From the NCBI GenBank assembly GCA_016935525.1, contig JAFGQU010000005.1:2190-66189 (forward strand): DNA of 64,000 nt. Reading direction: 5' to 3'. The notes beneath the pieces were generated by a model. That model saw only the letters and a program-made list of their open reading frames with translations, searched no databases and had not been told where the DNA came from. This document shows, in pieces, positions 57,307 through 64,000 of the stretch. The first letter of the stretch is position 1; the number at the start of each line of letters is the position of its first letter. Position numbers and translations under genes: made by a program. Origin of the DNA: Candidatus Omnitrophota bacterium (lineage in GTDB: Bacteria > Omnitrophota > Gorgyraeia > Duberdicusellales > 4484-171).

Positions 57307-58721
57307 TACAAGGAATTTATTCAACCAGTATTGATGTAACCACGATCGTCTCGCAATTGATGTTACAGGCGGCTCAGCCGCTCACGACGTACCAAAATAA
57401 ACAGACGACGTTTCAGACCGAACTTTCGTCGCTTACCGCGGTACAGAGCAAGTTGGCGGCGTTACAGAACGCGTTACAGCCGCTTTTGACGGTAAGTTCG
57501 ACCAGCGCGTTTAAACATAAACTGGCGACCTCATCAGATGAATCGACATTGACTGCCACGGCCGACAGTACCGCGGCAAACGGGACCTATAACGTGACCG
57601 TAAATACCTTGGCGACTTATCATAAGATTGCATCCACTCAAGGGTCGCAAGCTGGTTTACAAGTTATTACCAATGTCGGAGCCGGTCTGCGTACGGTGCG
57701 CTTTACCGTTGATGGGACGGATTATGATATTGATGTAACCTTGGCCGCCGGTGAAGATAATGAGACGATTTTACAGAACTTCGCCGATGCGATCAATGCT
57801 TCTGGCGCGCCGATGAGTGCGATAGTAGTCAATGAGACCGGGACAAGTACCCGGTTAGTGATAACTGCCGATGATTCCGGGACGGTCGGCGAGATAACAA
57901 ATGTCGAAGATTTGGCCGGAAATCTTGCTACTTTTATCCAATTAAGTACTGGCGGTCCGGGATGGACTCCGGCGAACGAATTGGTTGCCGCTCAAAATGC
58001 TGATTTCGATATCGACGGATTGAATTTTGTCCGTTCGACCAATAGTGTCGGCGATGCGATCGGCGGAGTCACCTTAAATCTCCTGCAGGATGCCGGAGCG
58101 ACTTCCACGGTTACCGTGGGAGTGGATACCAGTGCTATTATTGAAGATATTCAGAGTTATATCGACGCGTATAATACCGCGATCAGCGCGATAGATTCCG
58201 AAACAGCCTATGATTTAAAGACCAATACCGGTAAACCGCTTTTCCATGAAACCGTGGTGAAAAGGATGCCGCTCAAGTTACGTCAGTTGTCTACCCGGTC
58301 GGTTGCCGGACAGCCGCTCGCGACGAATTCGCTCTATATGATCGGTATCGAAGTCACTAAAGAAGGTGAGATGCGTATCTATGATAGTTCCAAACTCTCT
58401 AACGCGTTAGAAACGTCTCTGGATGATGTGCAAAGCCTGTTCAATGACCCGGTTGATGGGGTCGCAACCCGTCTTGATCAACAACTCGATGATTATCTGC
58501 TTCCTACTACCGGATCATTAGCCCGGCTTCTGGACACGACCAACAAAAATATCCAGAAGATCGAAGATAAAATAAGCGATTTCGAAGCTTATTTGACTAA
58601 TCTGGAAGAAAAACTCTTTTTACGATGGTCTAAAGTCCAACAGGCGCTCAGTTTTAACGATAGTTTGAGTTTATTTATGTCGCAAAGATTACTGAATTCT
58701 TCTCAACAGCAATCCTACTAA
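57303..58721 (+). CDS. fliD: Filament cap protein FliD
   Basis: IDVTTIVSQLM, ATSSDES, AQNA...DG....RSTN....AIGGVTLNL. Confidence 0.93.
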   Translation: MIQGIYSTSIDVTTIVSQLMLQAAQPLTTYQNKQTTFQTELSSLTAVQSKLAALQNALQPLLTVSSTSAFKHKLATSSDESTLTATADSTAANGTYNVTVNTLATYHKIASTQGSQAGLQVITNVGAGLRTVRFTVDGTDYDIDVTLAAGEDNETILQNFADAINASGAPMSAIVVNETGTSTRLVITADDSGTVGEITNVEDLAGNLATFIQLSTGGPGWTPANELVAAQNADFDIDGLNFVRSTNSVGDAIGGVTLNLLQDAGATSTVTVGVDTSAIIEDIQSYIDAYNTAISAIDSETAYDLKTNTGKPLFHETVVKRMPLKLRQLSTRSVAGQPLATNSLYMIGIEVTKEGEMRIYDSSKLSNALETSLDDVQSLFNDPVDGVATRLDQQLDDYLLPTTGSLARLLDTTNKNIQKIEDKISDFEAYLTNLEEKLFLRWSKVQQALSFNDSLSLFMSQRLLNSSQQQSY

Positions 58722-58778
58722 GGATTCAGGGTATAGTTCTTTCTCACAATGTATGATACAATAGGTAAAACAAAAGTC

Positions 58779-58814
58779 GGCTTTTCCGTACTACGCGGAA
58801 AAGCCTTCTTTTTT
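58779..58814 (+). terminator. Intrinsic terminator after fliD
   Basis: GGCTTTTCCGT / GCGGAAAAGCC + TTCTTTTTT. Confidence 0.65.
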
Positions 58815-58829
58815 AAGGAATATTGTTAG

Positions 58830-59048
58830 TTGATGTTAGAAGAAAAGACTGATCTTCAAGAAGAGATCCTCAAAGCGTTACTACAGAAGAACGCTACCTA
58901 CGCCCATCCGTTAAATTCAGAAAAGATCTCACAGATCCTTAATATAAATTCGTCATACGCCCGGTTTCAGATCGGCCGGTTGAGAGAATATATCGGTGTA
59001 CGCCGGGGAAAACACGGGGGATATTATCTTAAAGAAAGAAAACGATGA
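58830..59048 (+). CDS. Small winged-HTH protein (Rrf2/CtsR-like wing)
   Basis: LNSEKISQILNINSSYAR...VRRGKHGGYYL. Confidence 0.6.
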   Translation: MMLEEKTDLQEEILKALLQKNATYAHPLNSEKISQILNINSSYARFQIGRLREYIGVRRGKHGGYYLKERKR

Positions 59049-59317
59049 CTGATCCGGTTTTAAAAGAAAACCTGCAGAAAACAGTATCTTCGTTACGTAA
59101 AGGCGATGTGGCCGCCGCCGCGACCGGTATTCCCCAGATCGTCGCGGGCCTGAAAAGTTTGACTGCCGGAAAAGAAGATGCTCAGGTAAAAGACCTGGCG
59201 CTTGCCGTGCGGGCGATCGTGAGCAGTTTCGAACACCGTGACTATGTGTTGATGGCTGATTTTATCGAATTTGAGATCTTACCGTTTTTAAACGAACAGG
59301 ACAGAAATGGGAAATAA
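59045..59317 (+). CDS. Hypothetical helical protein, maf-associated
   Basis: Ends DYVLMADFIEFEILP; overlaps both neighbours. Confidence 0.55.
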   Translation: MTDPVLKENLQKTVSSLRKGDVAAAATGIPQIVAGLKSLTAGKEDAQVKDLALAVRAIVSSFEHRDYVLMADFIEFEILPFLNEQDRNGK

Positions 59318-61178
59318 TTTTTACGAGACTAACCTGGGAGCGCTTAAAGAACGCTATCCCCAGCTGTATGAGAAAATAGTCGCTCATCAGGATACTCTAT
59401 CTACCGAGATGATCGATTCCCGGTCCGGGATGCCTACGTTACGCGTACACGGCAAGTTTTTTCATAGTGCTTATGACCCGATGCATGAGGCCGGATATTT
59501 GCTGGAAGACCTCAATCTTAAACAATACGAGGGGATAGTCCTTGTCGGGATGGGATTAGGGTACCATCTTAAGAAAATATGGATGGACCCCTATTTCCAG
59601 GGCAAGATGCTTATTGTCGAAAAAAATATTACGGTATTTAAACAGGCGTTAGCTGCCAGTGACCTGTCCACTATTATCCGCGACGGACTGGTACTGTTTG
59701 TCGTTGAAGAAGATGAGCAAGAAGCCGCACGGATCATTGAGGTATGCGGATTCTTCAGGATCAACATCACCAAGGTCGGTGTGATCATCCATCCGCCCAG
59801 TATGCAGATGTTCATGGAATACTATCTGGTCATCTGTAAAAAAATCAGGTCGCTCTTAGGCTTTATGCGCAGTTCGCTGGGTTCACTGAAACAGTTCCAG
59901 GATTTCTGGGTCAATAACGCGATGGAAGATACCGTCGATATTGTCGCATCTCCCGGTATTAGGGATCTAGGGGAGATGGGTAAAGGTACCCCGGCGATCA
60001 TCGTTTCGGCCGGGCCGTCACTTGATCGGGATATCGAGACGATCCGCCAGGCTAAAGGCAAGATTTTTATTTTTGCCGTAGGGACCGCGTACCGGGTACT
60101 GTTGAAAAACGGGATTAAGCCTGATGTCGTAGTCGTCGTCGATGCCCATGAAGTCATCCTGAAACAGTTTAAAGATATCGATCCTTCCGGGACATATTTG
60201 TTTTCGGCCAATTTTGTCCGTAAAGAGATCATCGATGCATTCATGCCTGACGTATTTTTCTATTTCCCTTCGACTATTCCCTACGACGTGCTTCTGCCCG
60301 ATTCACAGCGGGCAAAAGGGCGCGCTTACGCCGGCGGGTCGGTCGCCCATTCCGCGCTCGATATCGCCGTACAATTAGGGTTTAACCCGGTCATCCTTGT
60401 CGGGCAGGATTTATCGTACGCTTCCAGCGGCCAGACCTATGCGTCCGGTTCGGTCTATGACGGTAAAACGATTCAATATCAGGACGAACGTGATTTTCAC
60501 ACACAAGGGTTAGTATGGATGCGAGGTAATTATGAGGATAAAGTGATCGGGTCGCAAGTGTTCTATATTTTCGTGTCCAGTTTCGAACAGTATATCCGCC
60601 GCCATCCCGAAGTAACGTATATCAACGCTACTTCCGGCGGGGCCTATATCGAAGGTACCACATTGATGCCGCTGGCCGAGGTGCTTTCCCATTACGCAGA
60701 TAAAGGTGACCCGGCCGCCTGCCGGGAAACCATGAAGAAAGTGCAGGCCGGGTTTGTCCCGAACTGGGAAGGGTTTCACGAGATCCTGGAAAAAGTGTTA
60801 AACCATTTTAATCAGATCGTAAACGACCTGGAATCAAGCTGCGAGAAAGCCAAACATTTTAAAATGTTGCTTAAAGAAGGGCATCAGTTACCGAAAGAAT
60901 TACAGACGATCCCTACTGAACTGATCGAACTGGGGAAACGCCTTGATGAAAACAGCCTTACCGCATTGCTTCAGTATGGGAAAGGGTATTTTAAGTTTTT
61001 GATCATGAACATGGAATTACGATCGGCTCAGAATGTACGGCAGATGCAGGAGGTCTTCTGTAATTCAGTCGAAGAGGTGTATGAAGGGTTTTTAGAAACA
61101 GCGACCTTTATCCGCGATAAAATAACGGACATGTTAAACAGGAGTGATATATGGAAGAAAACAGAAAATATACGATAG
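59307..61178 (+). CDS. maf: Motility-associated factor (Maf) flagellin glycosyltransferase, DUF115 family
   Basis: HSAYDP..EA, AIIVSAGPSL, GGSVAH, G.NP.ILVGQDL, NATSGGA.IEG. Confidence 0.88.
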   Translation: MGNNFYETNLGALKERYPQLYEKIVAHQDTLSTEMIDSRSGMPTLRVHGKFFHSAYDPMHEAGYLLEDLNLKQYEGIVLVGMGLGYHLKKIWMDPYFQGKMLIVEKNITVFKQALAASDLSTIIRDGLVLFVVEEDEQEAARIIEVCGFFRINITKVGVIIHPPSMQMFMEYYLVICKKIRSLLGFMRSSLGSLKQFQDFWVNNAMEDTVDIVASPGIRDLGEMGKGTPAIIVSAGPSLDRDIETIRQAKGKIFIFAVGTAYRVLLKNGIKPDVVVVVDAHEVILKQFKDIDPSGTYLFSANFVRKEIIDAFMPDVFFYFPSTIPYDVLLPDSQRAKGRAYAGGSVAHSALDIAVQLGFNPVILVGQDLSYASSGQTYASGSVYDGKTIQYQDERDFHTQGLVWMRGNYEDKVIGSQVFYIFVSSFEQYIRRHPEVTYINATSGGAYIEGTTLMPLAEVLSHYADKGDPAACRETMKKVQAGFVPNWEGFHEILEKVLNHFNQIVNDLESSCEKAKHFKMLLKEGHQLPKELQTIPTELIELGKRLDENSLTALLQYGKGYFKFLIMNMELRSAQNVRQMQEVFCNSVEEVYEGFLETATFIRDKITDMLNRSDIWKKTENIR

Positions 61179-61588
61179 AAAACCTTAAATCGATGTCGGA
61201 TCTGGAAGCGCTTATCCTGCTGTACGATAAGATCCTGGAAGCCGGCGAAGCTGCCCAGAAAGCCTGGGAAGAAAAGGATCTTGAGGCGTTCCACCAGAAA
61301 ACCGACTGGATGGTAAAGATCATCGAAGGACTGATCGCCCTGGTCGATATGAAGATCGATCCGAAATTAGGGGGTAACCTTCTGCATATCTATGATTATG
61401 CCCGAAGAAGGATCGCGGTCGCTCAATCCGAAGTCCGGCAGACGCCGCACATAATAAAAGAATGTTGTGACCTGCTCGGTAAATTGCGCGATGCCTGGAT
61501 CGAAGTAAAAGAAAAAGGCGATATAACCGCGTCGTTTCGTGCGCATCTGACGTCTGAAGACGCGAGGTTTTTGAATATTGAAATTTAA
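61151..61588 (+). CDS. fliS: Flagellin chaperone FliS
   Basis: LILLYD, II.GL...D, NLLHIYDY, LRDAW. Confidence 0.85.
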   Translation: MEENRKYTIENLKSMSDLEALILLYDKILEAGEAAQKAWEEKDLEAFHQKTDWMVKIIEGLIALVDMKIDPKLGGNLLHIYDYARRRIAVAQSEVRQTPHIIKECCDLLGKLRDAWIEVKEKGDITASFRAHLTSEDARFLNIEI

Positions 61589-61591
61589 AAG

Positions 61592-61693
61592 TTCGCGCGT
61601 TCACCCGTACTCGCGTTATCCCGTTAAAAAACGGGTACACGGGTAAACGGGGGAACGGGTTAACCCGACTATATACTAGAGACCAGAGACTAG
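61592..61693. repeat. CCCGT/ACGGG 8-mer repeat hairpin plus CTAGAGA heptamers
   Basis: C(C/G)CGT units followed by four ACGGG units. Confidence 0.6.
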
Positions 61694-61718
61694 TAACTGA
61701 AAAGATGAGGGGATACGT

Positions 61719-62651
61719 ATGAAAAAAACATTGGTTTTCTTAGGAATTCTTACCTGTATTTTTTTCTTTACCCGCAATGGGTCCGGTCAGGCGCCTGAAG
61801 AATCGGCACATACCGCAGGAGTAGGGCTTTCAGTCATGCCGGGAGAGATGGTCGTCCAGAACATTGTTCCCGGTGAACCGTTTGATTTAGGCGAAAAAGC
61901 CGATATCGGGCTTATCGTCCGTAACCAATCCGATAAAACCCGTTCTTATAAGATCGCCGTGACTCAACCCAGCCAATTACGGCTAAAAAATGTAAAAGGA
62001 TATTCGGTATTACCGGACCCCTCATGGCTACAGTTGGAAAAAGATACTATTGAGGTCGGCCCGTTTTCTCAAGGTACCGTAAAGATGGTCATACACGTAC
62101 CCGATGACCCGCAGTATTTTAACCAGAAATGGGCTGTTGCCCTTTCGGTGACGTCGGTCCCCAAAGCCAACGAAAAAATCAATCTGCGGGTCACGCCGGT
62201 TTATTATATCGAGACCGTAGCTAATAGCGAAATTTTAACTCCTCCGGCCGGCCGGTTGGGGGTAAGTCCCGGGGCAATAAATTTAGGCATTATCACTCTT
62301 GGTGAACATAAAGATGTCGCGAAAATAAAAATCTATAATAACGACACTAAAGCTCATGTATACAGTATTTCTCCCTTTGTCCCGACTCAAGAGAGCGGTT
62401 CACGAAAGATCATCGTTTCACCGAATTATTTCTGGATCTATGAGAAAGAATGGATCAGCGCGCAAGTCCCTAAGGTAAAAATAGGCCCGAAGAAATCGAA
62501 AGAAATAGCGATTAATCTTACTATTCCGGATGTCCCGGTATATGTGAAAAAGCTCTTTGAAGGTCTTATTTTTATTGAAGCTCTTGACGATGAAACGCTT
62601 TCAGATTTCGTACGGGTGAAGATGAACACCCGTAAGAAACCGAAAGAATAA
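61719..62651 (+). CDS. Secreted two-domain Ig-fold protein (PapD-chaperone/DUF916-like)
   Basis: Signal peptide; two repeats LxVxP...I.N....Y....W......V.P.....V.....VP. Confidence 0.55.
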   Translation: MKKTLVFLGILTCIFFFTRNGSGQAPEESAHTAGVGLSVMPGEMVVQNIVPGEPFDLGEKADIGLIVRNQSDKTRSYKIAVTQPSQLRLKNVKGYSVLPDPSWLQLEKDTIEVGPFSQGTVKMVIHVPDDPQYFNQKWAVALSVTSVPKANEKINLRVTPVYYIETVANSEILTPPAGRLGVSPGAINLGIITLGEHKDVAKIKIYNNDTKAHVYSISPFVPTQESGSRKIIVSPNYFWIYEKEWISAQVPKVKIGPKKSKEIAINLTIPDVPVYVKKLFEGLIFIEALDDETLSDFVRVKMNTRKKPKE

Positions 62652-62751
62652 ACAGCCGTGAATCCGGAAACGAATGCGAAAAAAATCCGTTGATTTTCAT
62701 AACTCATTGAAAATGAGCAAGTTATAAAAAGTAATTTTTTCGTGCTCGGGG

Positions 62752-62781
62752 TTGAAATGGTCTTTATCGATGTGGTATAAA
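62752..62781 (+). promoter_or_regulatory. Sigma70-type promoter of the riboswitch leader
   Basis: TTGAAA-N18-TATAAA with extended TG. Confidence 0.55.
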
Positions 62782-62822
62782 TGTCATGTACACACGGGCT
62801 TAGTATTTGACAATTAGAATCA

Positions 62823-62904
62823 CGATAAAGGCAAACCCGCTGAAAGGCGGGGACGCAAAGCCTTGGGCCTAAAGGAAAAATCCTATGGTTGCCAGGTTAC
62901 CGAA
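62823..62904 (+). ncRNA. c-di-GMP-I (GEMM) riboswitch aptamer
   Basis: GGCAAACC.GC.GAAAGGC.GGGACGCAAAGC...GGCCTAA....ATGG..GCCAG.TTACCGA; GAAA tetraloop and receptor. Confidence 0.88.
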
Positions 62905-62943
62905 TGAACCTCAATATACGTTGAGGGGGAATCGAGTAATTAT

Positions 62944-62979
62944 AACCCGCGCTATAGGAATATAGCGCGGGTTTTTTTT
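62944..62979 (+). terminator. Riboswitch expression-platform terminator
   Basis: AACCCGCGCTATA-GGAA-TATAGCGCGGGTT + T run. Confidence 0.85.
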
Positions 62980-63001
62980 GGCCTCTTTTGGGGCCGGTTT
63001 A

Positions 63002-63770
63002 GGGCTTGGGTAAGGAAAAATAATGATAATTCGTTCGCAGATTGTATGGTCAAGATGGGTCTCTCTTGGTGAGTGTATGGATGCTACACCGCACTGTGTT
63101 TCTTTATACAGTGCGGTTTTTTTATGTCTTCTTTTTGGGGTTGGGCCCTCAATAAGAAGAACTGTGAGCGTTTTATAGGGCTATAAAACGCTCACGATCA
63201 GGGTTTGGGTAAGGAAATATGTTTAGTTTTTTAAAATCACGCATACTCTATTCTTTTACGTCTTTTTTTGCACACCCTCTTTCTTTCATTTCCTGTTTCT
63301 TTACTCAAAACCCGAAACAAACAATAAGCACAGATAAAAGCCCTTCTTTTCCTCCAACATTTTCCTTACCCAAGCCCATACATATACAGAACGCCCTGAT
63401 TTCAACAATCTGTATATGTTGTTTTATTCTGATGTTTTCCTTACCTAAGCCCACGTACACACAGGCATTGCCCAGTATGTATTCCTCTTATTTTAAAAGA
63501 GGGGCTTGTGTGTACTGTTTTCCTCAGTTTTCCTTACCTAAGCCCAAGCACGTGCAGTTGGTATCGATCATCTGCGCGTGCGGTCTTTTTATGTTTTCCT
63601 TACCTAAGCCTGAGCGTATTCTACCGGCAGTGGCGAGTCTTGCGTTGTATTGTCTCCTTTTCGCGGTTGTCGCTGCTGCCGGCTTTATATGCTTTAGACG
63701 CGAGAGTCTCTGTCGTGTGTGTACAGATGAAAAAGCCCGGATGATGAATGAATATTCTTTACCCAAACCC
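63002..63770 (+). repeat. Array of eight 18-nt motifs in two orientations with interspersed hairpins
   Basis: GGG(C/T)TTGGGTAAGGAAA at 63002 and 63201; complement TTTTCCTTACC(C/T)AAGCCC-like at 63295, 63360, 63435, 63528, 63594, 63753. Confidence 0.85.
63088..63123 (+). terminator. Second terminator inside the leader
   Basis: ACCGCACTGTG / TACAGTGCGGT + T run. Confidence 0.7.
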
Positions 63771-63863
63771 AAAAGTTTTGAGGAGGTGTATATGAGGGAA
63801 AATAATAATAGGGGAATACAAAATACGAACATAATGGTAATCAATAAAAAAGGAGGTTATGCC

Positions 63864-64000
63864 ATGAAGTTCAAAATATTAGGAGTGGTGTTCGTTGGAT
63901 TAGCGATGCTCTTTGGCGTCACGAGTAATGCCTGGGCGTTAGCGTCAGAAGATATCGTATTGACGGTAACGATCCAGATATTGAGTGTCGACGTCGAAGA
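63864..64000 (+). CDS. Secreted protein, possible fimbrial/surface subunit (truncated by the window edge)
   Basis: AGGAGG RBS; MKFKILGVVFVGLAMLFGVTSNAWA signal peptide then EDIVLTVTIQILSVDV; alternative in-frame ATG at 63792. Confidence 0.6.
   Translation, partial: MKFKILGVVFVGLAMLFGVTSNAWALASEDIVLTVTIQILSVDVE

Noticed and set aside
62695-62730. CTCATTGAA match resembling the junction-element end
   Set aside because: It lacks the central CCCTTGACA stem and the side hairpins; only a local AT-rich dyad
63295-63770. CRISPR array interpretation of the 18-nt repeats
   Set aside because: The repeats are short and occur in both orientations, the spacers vary from 46 to 141 nt and are self-complementary, and there are no cas genes in the window
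63508-63844. ORFs 63508-63744 (+) and 63524-63844 (-)
   Set aside because: They run through repeats and hairpins with no convincing RBS or protein-like motifs; likely spurious

Overview
This window is almost entirely one + strand flagellar supercluster from a diderm bacterium. It has a Firmicutes-like gene order (flgBC-fliEFGHIJK-flgD-TIGR02530-flgE-flbD-motAB-fliY/N-fliOPQR-flhBAFG) but also P/L-ring genes (flgA, flgH, flgI). Regulation includes fliA/flgM, fliW-csrA-fliC and three tandem PilZ/YcgR brakes; no chemotaxis genes are present. A legionaminic-acid-like flagellin glycosylation island and a Maf transferase are embedded in the cluster. The most interesting signals are non-coding. (1) A four-way-junction palindromic element occurs three times between genes; one copy carries a small GIY-YIG nuclease ORF inside a perfect 24-bp inverted repeat, and two copies are empty, which suggests a new mobile element family. 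(2) Downstream of a c-di-GMP-I riboswitch is a ~770-nt structured leader with two 18-nt 'docking' motifs and six complementary 'selector' motifs, four of them followed by hairpins. (3) A covarying GGCUGGACC...GGA(A/G)GC hairpin lies before both flgB and flgE. (4) Many intergenic hairpins are built from 7-8-mer repeats. All calls come from reading the sequence by eye; no searches or folding programs were run.
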